DNA of 64,000 nt from Planctomycetota bacterium (GTDB lineage: Bacteria; Planctomycetota; Phycisphaerae; SM23-33). The stretch is from NCBI GenBank assembly GCA_024275995.1, contig JAJRYB010000019.1, positions 2,728 through 66,727 on the forward strand, read 5' to 3'. Of this stretch, positions 49,601 to 61,144 are shown piece after piece. The notes beneath the pieces were generated by a model, which was not told where the DNA came from, made no database searches, and worked only from the letters and a program-made list of their open reading frames with translations. The position numbers and the translations under genes were made by a program. Each line of letters starts with the position of its first letter. Within the stretch, counting starts at the first letter, position 1.

Positions 49601-49863
49601 AACCCCTCGGCGCTCGTGGAGCGTACTTCCTTGACGCCGTCGACACCCATCAACTCGTTTTCGATCTCGTTGGTAACCTGCGATTCGATGTCAGCCGGGG
49701 ATACGCCCTCGTACGACGTGGTGATGATGATATACGGGACCTTTACGTCGGGCGCCGCCTCCCTCGGCAGGGTGACGTAGCTGTACGCTCCGGCGATAAT
49801 GATCAGAAGGACGAGAACCGCTATCGTCGTGCGGTTCCGCAGGGCTGCGTCGGAAAGAATCAT
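46684..49863 (-). CDS. RND efflux transporter permease (AcrB/AcrD/AcrF family)
   Basis: 1059 aa with GMLVDNAIVIVENI, GVVVNNAIVLLD and RLRPVLLT. Confidence 0.95.
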   Translation of the reverse strand: MILSDAALRNRTTIAVLVLLIIIAGAYSYVTLPREAAPDVKVPYIIITTSYEGVSPADIESQVTNEIENELMGVDGVKEVRSTSAEGFSTIIVEFYPDVELSDALRRVKDKVDLAKEDLPSDELRKEPVISEISMAEFPIMMINVSGEVSPVVLKAIADQLEDRIKTIKGVLSADVLGALEREIRIEIDPDRLSAYGLTVEEVLALIPTENLNISAGSLETPGMKFNVRIPGEFQEPEKINNLKLTERDGKPIYLSDIAEVRDTFKDRQTYARLDGRQSVMLAVKKRVGANIVRIAAYVKEIVRRFQLEAPATVKIEITDDGSKDINMMVSDLENNVFSGLLLVVAVLMLFMGLRTSLIVALAIPLSMLMSFAVIQLLGLTLNMVVLFSLILSLGMLVDNAIVIVENIYRHMEMGRDRLHAAMKGTAEVAWPVITSTATTIAAFCPLVFWPGIMGGFMKYLPMTVIITLSCSLFVALFISPVVASLFGGGGNSRRRKEGEGRFVRGYRQLLIVALNHRVVTIGLAVLVLASVGIAFGKYNSGVQLFPEIDPRRAIVNLRGPQGMNVRDMNRLSEQVARRIEPFRTDTTGSEIIEYVLTNVGSSGGKASMLSGGASGPHVGNLTVLFVDYAKRDTPSVETVKRIRRALEDVPVVEVKIEKEKKGPPTGAAVTVRIIGSEISRLKALSDEALRLIADVPGLVNARSDLEVARPELLFDVDRERAKQLGLNTAIVGNFLKTALFGAKVGTFRVFTDDYDITVRLAESQRRRIDDLLRLRVPNRTGKAVPLSSLGRFRYSPGLGTINRIDQHRVVTVTADAEGRLGTEVLKDVRKRLAKLALPSGYDLRYAGEKEEQDNAAAFLMRAFLIALFAIVGILVTQFNTLSVPLIIMVTVMLSLIGVFVGLIIFNMPFGIIMTGVGVISLAGVVVNNAIVLLDYTRRLQRRGMRVVEAAVQAGLTRLRPVLLTATTTILGLIPMATGISFDFHIMRFVTKSESSQWWSSMAIAVIFGLAFATVLTLVVVPSLYVSLYRLAARRGLGGLHRVGEAESGDQGPGAGDLS

Positions 49864-49864
49864 G

Positions 49865-51115
49865 CTAGTTCGCCCCTTCTTTCGACCGGCGTGCCGGATT
49901 CCCAGCCGTCTTCGTCGATCGCGTTTTCACCACCGGCGGGTCCGAAGGAGCGCTCGCAGAACCCGGCTGGGCCTGCCCGACGATTCTCACCTTCTGTCCG
50001 GGCCCGCAACGCCGGGTTCCCCCCACGATCAACAAGTCGCCCGCTTTCAAATCCGATCCCGGAAGAACCCGAATCCGATCGCCGACGATCGACCGCATGT
50101 CGATGCGAATGTCTTTTATGGAGCGGACGACTCCGCCGCGGGCGACGTTCACCATGTGACCATTTTCCAATGCGATCACCGCCTGGAGGGGGATCATTAT
50201 CACACCTTGCAGGTCGCGCCGTTTCAGATCGACCGTCACGATCTGTCCGGCACAAAGTCTTCGCTCCGCGTTGGGTACGGTTATCTCGGCCCGCGTCGTC
50301 CGGGCGAGAGGTTCGGCGATTTTGCTGATGTACGTGATCCTGCCGGTCAGCTTCAGCGAATCGTCGATGCTGCTGGAAATTTTTACCTCGTCATTCTTCC
50401 GGAGGTATCCGATTTCGCGTTCGGGAATGTTCACGACGACCTTGACGATGTCGATATCCACGATCTGAGCCACCGTCGTTCCCGGCTGGACGTACTCGCC
50501 AATCTCGACCGGTATCCGATTCACGATTCCGTCGACCGGCGAGACTATCTCCGCACGATCGAGCTTCGCCTGGGCTTCCTCGAGCGTCGCCTTGCTTATC
50601 GCCATGGCGGTGAGGGCTTCGTCCAGGTCGCGCTTCGTCGATACGTTCCGTTTCATGCCGTCGGCGATACGCCGATAATCGCGAACCTTGTATTCGTAGT
50701 CAGCCTTCGCCAGATTACGCGCCGCCTTCAGCAGGTCCGTGTTCAGGTACATCAGCACGGCGCCGGCCTTCACGCGATCACCCTCCTCCAGCATGCAAAC
50801 CTCCGTCCCACCGGCAGTACGCGGGGTTCGGACCTCGCCGAACCGTTCGATTCGACCGGGAACTTCCGCGGCCACCTTCACGACGCGATTGGCTTCCACG
50901 CTTCCGTCCAGGCGGAACTTCTCCGGCATGGAAGCTATCACCGTCACTTTCTCGACGGTGACGTTCACCGGTGGAACGACGGTTTTTTTCACCTCTTTCT
51001 TCCTGACAGGCAGCAGAGAAACCACGACCACGATCAGCACCGACGCGCCGAGTATCGCCGCGGGCGCGAACCTTTTCTCCAACTCCCGACGACGCTTTTT
51101 TCTCGTTTCGTTCAT
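49865..51115 (-). CDS. RND efflux periplasmic adaptor (membrane fusion protein)
   Basis: N-terminal TM, V.AEV.G.I, EGDRVKAG, ISPVDGIV and coiled coil. Confidence 0.93.
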   Translation of the reverse strand: MNETRKKRRRELEKRFAPAAILGASVLIVVVVSLLPVRKKEVKKTVVPPVNVTVEKVTVIASMPEKFRLDGSVEANRVVKVAAEVPGRIERFGEVRTPRTAGGTEVCMLEEGDRVKAGAVLMYLNTDLLKAARNLAKADYEYKVRDYRRIADGMKRNVSTKRDLDEALTAMAISKATLEEAQAKLDRAEIVSPVDGIVNRIPVEIGEYVQPGTTVAQIVDIDIVKVVVNIPEREIGYLRKNDEVKISSSIDDSLKLTGRITYISKIAEPLARTTRAEITVPNAERRLCAGQIVTVDLKRRDLQGVIMIPLQAVIALENGHMVNVARGGVVRSIKDIRIDMRSIVGDRIRVLPGSDLKAGDLLIVGGTRRCGPGQKVRIVGQAQPGSASAPSDPPVVKTRSTKTAGNPARRSKEGAN

Positions 51116-51777
51116 GAACCCACCTCACCATCCTGTCTTGAGCGCGTCAGTCCCATGAGGACCGCCTGCTTCAATGCCGCAAGAAACGTCTCGTCAATCT
51201 TCAAGCCTACGTCGAACGCCAGTTGAAGCCGTATGCCGTCCATCACCGCCAGTATCAGCGACGAGCCGATCTGGGGAGCGAAAGTGGGATGGAATTCGCC
51301 CGACTTGACCCCCTCGGTTATGATCGAGGAGAGGATTTCACGCCAGTGGGCGTATATCGACGAAAACGTCTCGGAAATCCGTCCGGGCTGCTCGCGGGCG
51401 GCTATCGCCCAGAACTCCATCATCAGGCGGGCGATTTCGTGAAGAGTCACGATCTTTTCCGCCCAATACGCCAGCACCCACTCCATCTTTTCGGTAGCCG
51501 TTGTCGTGCCGGCAATTACGCGCTCGGTTTCCGCCTCGACGCTGCTGACATATTGCATGAAGACCTGCTCGAACAGATCCTCCTTGCTCTTGAAATAGTT
51601 GTAGACGCTCCCCTTGGAAATACCCGCAGCCGAGGCGATATCGTCCATCTTTGTCGCGGCATAACCGTGATCGCCGAAGACGCGCTCGGCGGCAGAGATA
51701 ATCTCCTGCCGACGGTGTTCCATGCGTTCGTCCATTTTCATCATTTCCCGATCCCTCATGCCAAGTCCCTGGCCCAT
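51112..51777 (-). CDS. TetR/AcrR family transcriptional regulator
   Basis: II.AA..VF...GY.AT...DIA..AGISKGSVYNYFKSKEDLF. Start uncertain. Confidence 0.94.
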   Translation of the reverse strand: MGQGLGMRDREMMKMDERMEHRRQEIISAAERVFGDHGYAATKMDDIASAAGISKGSVYNYFKSKEDLFEQVFMQYVSSVEAETERVIAGTTTATEKMEWVLAYWAEKIVTLHEIARLMMEFWAIAAREQPGRISETFSSIYAHWREILSSIITEGVKSGEFHPTFAPQIGSSLILAVMDGIRLQLAFDVGLKIDETFLAALKQAVLMGLTRSRQDGEVGS

Positions 51778-51786
51778 GACTCCGCC

Positions 51787-51808
51787 ATTGACTGACCGGT
51801 CAGTCAAT
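51787..51808. promoter_or_regulatory. Perfect 22-bp palindrome, likely TetR operator
   Basis: ATTGACTGACCGGTCAGTCAAT lies between a minus-strand TGnTATCAT -10 (51820-51812) and the TetR start. Confidence 0.85.
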
Positions 51809-52012
51809 ACAATGATAGCATACCTTCCCCCTTCGGTAAAGATTTTTGTCATTTTTTGCCTCCACTTCGGCGAAGCCAAGTAACACCAGGCAAAGCAAGC
51901 AGTTACGCCTGGGACTAGAGACGAAAAGCGGGGTAATCAGATCGAAACGCGACAACCCCGCTCGCTTGCGTTCGCGGCAAGTTCTTGAATCTGTAATCTG
52001 CGATCCGCAACG

Positions 52013-52021
52013 TGTTATAAT
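52013..52021 (+). promoter_or_regulatory. Extended -10 promoter element for the nitroreductase gene
   Basis: TGTTATAAT lies about 48 nt upstream of the ATG, with an AGGAG SD. Confidence 0.6.
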
Positions 52022-52068
52022 ACCCCCCTGCCGAGATCAGTCCGTTCGAAAAACAGGAGACAGAATCG

Positions 52069-52614
52069 ATGGATGTTATGGAAGCTGTTCGAACCCGCAG
52101 GAGTGTCCGAAAGTACTCGCCGCGACCCATTCCCGAAGACGTCCTGGCGGAGATGCGCGAGGCACTGCGCTGCGCGCCGTCGGCGTGTAACAATCAGCCC
52201 TGGCATTTCGTGCTCGTGGTCGATCCCGATCGACGGCGTGAACTCGTCGAGACTGCCTGCGGCAAGTGGTCATGGATGCTTGATGCGCCTCTGATCGTCG
52301 TAGCGTGCGGGCTGGACGGCCTGGCCTACCAGCGAATGGGCGGGTCCGGCAGCAGCATGGACGTTGACGTTGCGATCGCGCTGGACCACCTGACGCTGGC
52401 AGCCGTCGCTCGCGGACTTGGAACGTGCTGGATCGGCGCGTTCGACGAAGTCGCGGCGAAAAAAGTACTCGGCGTACCGGAGACGGTTAAGATCGTCGCC
52501 ATGACGCCGCTGGGATACCCAGCCGCCGCCGATCTGAACAGGCCGCTCGAACCGGACAAACGAAAGGACCCCTCGGAGATATTCAGTATCGACCGATACG
52601 CCGGAGCGGAATGA
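52069..52614 (+). CDS. Nitroreductase family protein
   Basis: RRSVRKY, APSACNNQPWHF, LAAVARGLGTCWIG and LGYP. Confidence 0.95.
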   Translation: MDVMEAVRTRRSVRKYSPRPIPEDVLAEMREALRCAPSACNNQPWHFVLVVDPDRRRELVETACGKWSWMLDAPLIVVACGLDGLAYQRMGGSGSSMDVDVAIALDHLTLAAVARGLGTCWIGAFDEVAAKKVLGVPETVKIVAMTPLGYPAAADLNRPLEPDKRKDPSEIFSIDRYAGAE

Positions 52615-52904
52615 TTTTTTGAAAGTTTTGAATATTCCAATGAAGCGTGGAACCGCATGTTCTCGCAGACCAGGTACACAATAAAAGCGATCCGTGCGTC
52701 GAAAAAGGTGGCCGATCGCCTCGGGCTGAGAGTCCCAAAATGAAGGCGATCATGGACTGGGTCCGGACTCACACGCATCGTGTAATTGCAAGTTGATCGT
52801 AGTAAACCGCCGTGGCGATCGTTATACTTAGTGGACTCTGGCGGAGTTTTTTCGCCGTCATCTGGAGCGGTGTGCGCAACGCGCATCTCTCCCGGAGAAG
52901 CGTA

Positions 52905-54158
52905 ATGGCGCGAGTGATCGCATCGGCATGCTTGATTACCCTGCTTGCGTCGGTGGCCGCCGGCGACAAGCTCGTGCTCCTCGACGGACGAACGTTCACC
53001 GGAACCGTCACCGTCGAAGGTCAAAGCGTTCGTATCGACATGCCCTACGGCACGCTCCGATTCGCGCGGGAAGAGGTCCTGCTGATCGACTTCAAGGACA
53101 CGCCGGAAACGAAACTCGCCAAGAAGCTCGCCAAGACCCATCTGGACGATCCCGATGCGCTGTTCAAACTGGCGGAGTGGGCGACGGCCAATTCGCTCGA
53201 TCGACAGGCAGACACGCTGTACGAGTTGATCCTGAAGCTCGAAACAGACCACCAAGGCGCTCGCCGACGGATGGGTTTTGTCCGAATCGACGGAACGTGG
53301 CTCGAGTTCGACGTGGCGTTGGAGTTGGCGCGCAGCAAGTTGGCGGCCGGGCAGTACCGCCCCCTGCTTAAGGACGTTCTTCCGGCGCTCGATGCGGCGG
53401 CCGGCACAGCCGAAAGGCGGAGGAAGGTTCGCGAGCTTATCGGAATATCCCAGTTGCGATCGAAAGACTTCGCCGCGGCGGAGAAAACGTTCACGGAGTT
53501 GTCCGCCATCGACAGCGACGACGCTCCCCGTTACGCGACGATAGCCGAAATTCTCAAGTCCAGCAAAGACGGCATGTACGTTCTTACCGAACCTTACCCG
53601 CCCCAGGGCCGACTGGTCGCTTCGAGCGGCGAACGGCTCGAAGCCGGACCTGTCTCCCTCGCCAAGCCACAGGTCCTCCAGGCGGCGCTGCGGGAGAAGG
53701 CCAAGAAGGAAATCGACGCGGGAAGGAAGCTCCTGTCCGAAGCGCTCAAGTCGGAGGCGACGGACCCCGAGGCGGCGAAGGGAAGGTACTTCCAGGCGTC
53801 GCAGGCGTTCGATCGCGCCGAATCGCTGGTTGCGAATATCGCCAGGAGTTGGCGGATCGAGATATGCCGACGGCGAATCGCCGTAGCGAGAAAGGACATC
53901 GACCTGGGCGCTCAGAAATTCGTGCGGGAGCAGGAGACGCTGGGGCATCGGAACCTCTCGGCTGCGGACTATCGCGGAAAGCTGCTTCGCCTCATGCATC
54001 GTCTGAACTCCGTTCGGGGAGACTTGCAGAACATCCTCACCATCGCCAAACCCTACCCGCGGGAACTCGTACTGGAGGTGGGCTGGGCCCAGGCGGACCT
54101 CAAGCAGATCGCCAAAATGCGTCAGACGCTCATGGAAGAACTGAATGGCGACAACTAG
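52905..54158 (+). CDS. Hypothetical exported helical-repeat protein
   Basis: Signal peptide, then D.LVL.DGR...G.V and LAEWA....L...A.......DH..ARR.MG...DG.W. Confidence 0.75.
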   Translation: MARVIASACLITLLASVAAGDKLVLLDGRTFTGTVTVEGQSVRIDMPYGTLRFAREEVLLIDFKDTPETKLAKKLAKTHLDDPDALFKLAEWATANSLDRQADTLYELILKLETDHQGARRRMGFVRIDGTWLEFDVALELARSKLAAGQYRPLLKDVLPALDAAAGTAERRRKVRELIGISQLRSKDFAAAEKTFTELSAIDSDDAPRYATIAEILKSSKDGMYVLTEPYPPQGRLVASSGERLEAGPVSLAKPQVLQAALREKAKKEIDAGRKLLSEALKSEATDPEAAKGRYFQASQAFDRAESLVANIARSWRIEICRRRIAVARKDIDLGAQKFVREQETLGHRNLSAADYRGKLLRLMHRLNSVRGDLQNILTIAKPYPRELVLEVGWAQADLKQIAKMRQTLMEELNGDN

Positions 54159-55332
54159 AAAACTGGTCCTCGCCGGCGCGTGCCTTGCCTCGGGCCTGTG
54201 CGCGGTGGCGGCGTTTACGCCGTCGGTTTTCGACACGACTGTCGCAATGCAGTCGGCGTTGACGCTGCTGGACGACGGGCAGTACGTCGCGGCGGATCGA
54301 GAGGCGATGGCGCTGGCGATGCGCTCGGAAAAATCCGCGTGGCGCGCTTGGATGATCGTAGCCGCGGCGCGCCGGCGAGCTGGTCGATACGCCTCGGCGC
54401 TGCGCGCGTACCGCCTGTTCCTCGCCTCGTGCAGAAGCAACAGTTTGCGCGAGTACGTCCTCCGGCAGATGGACTCCTGTCGCGAGGCGATGAATCCACC
54501 CCCGCGGCACGTGCCCGCTGCGCGCCGCCTGAATGACAATGATCTTCGGGAACTCGCGAAGGTCTCCCCGCAGATCAGCACGGAATCCACGGAGCATTTC
54601 GTGATACGCGCGCCTAACGCTCGGCTGGCGAAGCTCCTTGCCGTCGAGGCGGAAAGTGCCCTGCGACGTATCCGCCAAAACATCCTCGCCGTTCAGGACT
54701 ACCCGCACAGCGTGGACGTGTACGTCTGGAGCGACCACAAAAGTTACCTCGCACACGCCAGCGACGCCCCGGAATGGTCGGGCGGAAGCTTTACGTTCTC
54801 GACGTCCGAGGGGAACGTGACCCGCAGAATCGACCTGACGCAGCTGGACAGAAACGGCAAGTTCGCGACGATCATGCTCGACCGCATTCTGCCTCACGAA
54901 CTAAGCCACCTGGTCATTCGCGAATACTTCGGCGACGCTTCCTGCCCGCTGTTCCTGGACGAGGGGCTGGCCATGCTCGCCGAGGCGCAGATCGACAACC
55001 AGCGCGTCGAGTTTGCAGGCATCGCCGTCGCCGGCGACAAAAAGATTCCCCTTGCGGAGTTGATCGTTCGCGACCGCCAGACGATGGGCGATCCGTCGGT
55101 ATTCTACGCCGAGTCGCTGAGCTTCACACGATACCTCCGCAACAGCGTGACGCGCGAACAGTTCAAGGCGTTCCTGGGTCACGTCAAGGAAGGGAGCACC
55201 GTCTCCGACGCGCTGCGCCGGGCGCTGTACGTCACAGGAGGCGAAGATTTCATGGAGAAACTCGCCGCGGGATGGGCGAATTACGCCCTCGCCGAGACGC
55301 AGTTCCTCCGGGCGCTTCGCGAAACGCGCTGA
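54145..55332 (+). CDS. Exported TPR-like and zinc metallopeptidase (peptidase MA/gluzincin-like) protein
   Basis: TEHFVI, HELSH (HExxH), P.FLDEGLA and FYAES. Confidence 0.8.
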   Translation: MATTRKLVLAGACLASGLCAVAAFTPSVFDTTVAMQSALTLLDDGQYVAADREAMALAMRSEKSAWRAWMIVAAARRRAGRYASALRAYRLFLASCRSNSLREYVLRQMDSCREAMNPPPRHVPAARRLNDNDLRELAKVSPQISTESTEHFVIRAPNARLAKLLAVEAESALRRIRQNILAVQDYPHSVDVYVWSDHKSYLAHASDAPEWSGGSFTFSTSEGNVTRRIDLTQLDRNGKFATIMLDRILPHELSHLVIREYFGDASCPLFLDEGLAMLAEAQIDNQRVEFAGIAVAGDKKIPLAELIVRDRQTMGDPSVFYAESLSFTRYLRNSVTREQFKAFLGHVKEGSTVSDALRRALYVTGGEDFMEKLAAGWANYALAETQFLRALRETR

Positions 55333-55450
55333 CGTCGAGTGATCGCGTGCTGCAATTCCGGCGGCGACTCACTCCACCATTCCGTGCCCTTACGCTTGAT
55401 AATCACCGCACGATGATTATCATCTCTTATTCTTTCCCAAGGGAGACACA

Positions 55451-58237
<2,787 letters not shown>

Positions 58238-58267
58238 TCACTTGGGGTACACAACGGAAAGGAAGAC

Positions 58268-58867
58268 ATGATGAGCAGACGGACACATTGGATGGTGGTG
58301 CTGGTGGCCGGGATGGCCATGTTTGCAATCGGATGCGGTGGTGGTGGAGCCAAGGACGCAAAGACGCCGAAAGAAGCCTGCGTCAACATGACCGAGGCTG
58401 TGGAAACCGGCGACGAGGCCTTGTTCCTCTCGGCAGTTCACACCGAGGACGAAGAGATGGCCAAGGCGATGTTCGGCCAGATCAGCGCGATGTACGACTA
58501 CAGCAAGAAGTTCGAGGCTGAATACGGTAAGGCTCCGGGTAAAGGCGGAAAGAAGATGCCGACCTCGAAGGATGTCGCCGAGAAGGTCAAGATCAAGGAA
58601 GACGGCGATAAGGCCGTCGCCACGATGCCGGGCCAGTCGGGCGATATGGACCTGGTAAAGAAAGACGGCGTGTGGAAAGTGGATATAAGCAAGGGGACGC
58701 CAACGGGCGCAGAGAAGGAAAAAGCCCTGAAGATGTCCAAGACCATGGCCGACGTGGTCAAGGAAGTCACCGGAAAGATCGGAACGGAAGGATACACCGC
58801 CGAGAAGATCGAGAAGGAACTGGGCGCTGCCATGATGAAAGCGATGATGAGTTCGATGGGCGGCTGA
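58268..58867 (+). CDS. Hypothetical lipoprotein (possible NTF2-like/DUF4878-like fold)
   Basis: Lipobox AIGC, TP.EA, GDKA and LVKKDGVWKV. Confidence 0.8.
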   Translation: MMSRRTHWMVVLVAGMAMFAIGCGGGGAKDAKTPKEACVNMTEAVETGDEALFLSAVHTEDEEMAKAMFGQISAMYDYSKKFEAEYGKAPGKGGKKMPTSKDVAEKVKIKEDGDKAVATMPGQSGDMDLVKKDGVWKVDISKGTPTGAEKEKALKMSKTMADVVKEVTGKIGTEGYTAEKIEKELGAAMMKAMMSSMGG

Positions 58868-58999
58868 TTCGCGCGAAGACGAAGAAGGCCTTATATCGGC
58901 GAGTGGGAGGCGAAATGTCCAAAAGCTTCCTGCCCGCCGTTTCTTTTTGCGAAGCGATGCATATTCCGAAAGTCGCAAGTGCGATGTTGCGAAGACATA

Positions 59000-59177
59000 A
59001 GGGTACTTTGAATAATTGCTTTCGTCGTGAGAACGAGCGAAAATCGCGTCACCGAGGCGAAGGGTTAAAATTCCCGCAGGCGTAGTAATAACTACGTCGA
59101 GGACGATTTTAGCCCGACAACGAAGGTGGCACGATTTGCAGCCGTTCGCAGCGGAAATGAATTATTCAAAGTGCCCA
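59000..59177. mobile_element. MITE-like element (178 bp) with 18-bp terminal inverted repeats and TA on both sides
   Basis: AGGGTACTTTGAATAATT ... AATTATTCAAAGTGCCCA, with TA at 58998-9 and 59178-9 and nested internal stems. Confidence 0.75.
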
Positions 59178-59181
59178 TAAG

Positions 59182-59217
59182 AAAAGCCCTGTCCGGCAGA
59201 AAACCGATCCAGGGCTT
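59182..59217 (-). terminator. Probable intrinsic terminator of the PEP-CTERM gene
   Basis: Minus strand AAGCCCTG...CAGGGCTTTT. Confidence 0.5.
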
Positions 59218-59240
59218 GATGGTTTACACAAGTCAGGAAT

Positions 59241-59873
59241 TTACGCTCTTGCGCGGCGCTTCTTGAAGAACACGCCAATGGAACCGGCGACCAGTAATGC
59301 GATAGAACACGCCTCCGGAACGAACTCGAAGTTGTCGACGTACGCGTTGGCCGTCACGTCTTTCGAAGCGTCGTGGCTGTTCACTACCTTTGCCGTAACA
59401 AGAACCTGCCCGGCGATGTCCAGGTTCGGGAGCGAGAGTGTCCGATTCGCCCAGGATGCGCCGCTCTCGGTGATCTGCCAGGTCGCCGTATCGACAAAGT
59501 CGTTGTAGGACACCTCGACGGAAATTTCCAGATTGTTCCAGTCCGGCGTGTCATTGCCGGTCAACTCCACGGCGGCGTCGAACCGAAGCGCATCCGTACC
59601 GGCAGGCGCGAACATCCCGACGACGAATTCCGGGGTATAGGCCGAAATTCCCCGACCACCCGCGCCGGTTTCAGCGCTCAGTCGCAGGACATTGACAGCA
59701 GAGGCGTAAGTAGCCTCCACCGCATGTGACGTTCCACCAGCGAGGTCCTCCTGCACAGTCCAGTCAGTCAGTCCACTGCTGAAATCGCCGTTGGATATGT
59801 CTGCCGTCGCCCCCGCCGCAACCAACGCCAGAATCCCCCCACATACACCGAGAACCCTTCCGATCCTTCTCAT
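59241..59873 (-). CDS. PEP-CTERM-type sorting-signal protein
   Basis: Signal peptide, ISNGDFSSGLTDW, and C-terminal VPEA-TM-KKRRARA. Confidence 0.85.
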   Translation of the reverse strand: MRRIGRVLGVCGGILALVAAGATADISNGDFSSGLTDWTVQEDLAGGTSHAVEATYASAVNVLRLSAETGAGGRGISAYTPEFVVGMFAPAGTDALRFDAAVELTGNDTPDWNNLEISVEVSYNDFVDTATWQITESGASWANRTLSLPNLDIAGQVLVTAKVVNSHDASKDVTANAYVDNFEFVPEACSIALLVAGSIGVFFKKRRARA

Positions 59874-60115
59874 CGCAATACCCTCGCGCAACTCCATAAC
59901 TCCACGCCGGACACAATCCGTCGCCCAGCCTAACGGGAGCTTCCCAACGCTGCAGAGCCCTCCGCAGCAGGCCACCGGGCGCGACGAGCAACCGTTTCAC
60001 ACGCACCCAAAGGCTTCACCTCTCCTGTCCTCGATGCCCAATATATGGGCATTTGGTGGTTTTTTCAAGCAATAATCCGAAAAAATATTTAGAAAACCCG
60101 AAAAACCGACAAAGT

Positions 60116-60145
60116 TTGACAATTCGGCATGATCCGCATTAGCAT
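60116..60145 (+). promoter_or_regulatory. Putative sigma70 promoter
   Basis: TTGACA-18 nt-TAGCAT upstream of a GAAAGG SD and the ATG at 60173. Confidence 0.5.
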
Positions 60146-60172
60146 ACCTGTGTAGACTTCTGAAAGGCAGCC

Positions 60173-61144
60173 ATGTTGTGGCTTATTGACATTCGTGTTG
60201 CGAAAGTAACTTCAGTAAGGCGATCCAGCCTGAAGTCACGGAGCAATCCGCCGGTGGCGGATTGCGTTGGTAATACGAAGGTCAATAAGGGTGAACCGAT
60301 CCGTCGTTACGTTCTGGCGTCCCTGGCGGCGCTGCTCCTGGCGACGGCGACAGGCTGTCCGGAAACCACTGAAGCGCCGACGGCCGACAAAGGCCCGCAA
60401 ATACCGGGAGATTTGCGTCGAAAGCGCGGGAACAACAAGGACAGACGTTTCATCCTGCTGGTCCGGCTGCGAATGGCGACGATCGAGGTGCCCCTCGGAA
60501 CGGTCAGCGGGTCGGAGGAACTCTGGAGCTACCTCGACGAGGAACCCATCCGCGCCCTGCGATCGGCAACGCTGGGACGAAACGGAATTCGCATCGGAAT
60601 CGGTCGCAGCGACACGTGGGACGACCTGGCGAAGGTCCTCAAAAAGATGACGGGGCGCGAGGTAAAGCACTCCACGCTGGGCGCACTTCCGGGCGATCCG
60701 CTAGCCGTGGTGCTGAAGGTCAATCAGCCCGCACAGACGATTTTCGTTTCCTACGAAGACCGCACGCTCAGCGGGGCGGACTATCCCCCGGGCGAAAACC
60801 TGCTGACGTTCAGTTTCTCCCTGGACGAGGACGACCCGTCGCGGGCGATTATCACGGGCGTTCCGCAGGTGCGTTCCAATAAACGCAAGACCCGCTACGT
60901 CCGCAGTTCGGGCGGGTTCCGGATTCTCAACAGGCCGACGATCCATACCTTCAGGCAACTGGCGTTTCAACTGTCGGTACCCAACCGGAACTTTCTGGTG
61001 ATCGGCCCGAACGCCGAATCACGACGGGAAACGAGCGTGGGGCATCGATTCCTGGTGCGGCGCAAAAAGGGCGTCGAATACGAAACGGTCCTGATCCTGA
61101 TACCGGAGATTTTCGCGGCGCCCCTTAAGACAAAGGCGCCTTGA
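60173..61144 (+). CDS. Hypothetical lipoprotein carrying an in-frame palindromic insertion near its start
   Basis: SD GAAAGG plus ATG at 60173. The lipoprotein signal RRYVLASLAALLLATATGC begins about 43 codons later. Confidence 0.75.
   Translation: MLWLIDIRVAKVTSVRRSSLKSRSNPPVADCVGNTKVNKGEPIRRYVLASLAALLLATATGCPETTEAPTADKGPQIPGDLRRKRGNNKDRRFILLVRLRMATIEVPLGTVSGSEELWSYLDEEPIRALRSATLGRNGIRIGIGRSDTWDDLAKVLKKMTGREVKHSTLGALPGDPLAVVLKVNQPAQTIFVSYEDRTLSGADYPPGENLLTFSFSLDEDDPSRAIITGVPQVRSNKRKTRYVRSSGGFRILNRPTIHTFRQLAFQLSVPNRNFLVIGPNAESRRETSVGHRFLVRRKKGVEYETVLILIPEIFAAPLKTKAP
60186..60285. mobile_element. 100-bp TA-flanked palindromic element inserted within a coding sequence
   Basis: Outer stem CTTATTGAC-A-TTCGTGTTGC / GTAATACGAA-G-GTCAATAAG. 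Inner stems ACTTCAG/CTGAAGT and GCAATCCGCC/GGCGGATTGC. Confidence 0.65.
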
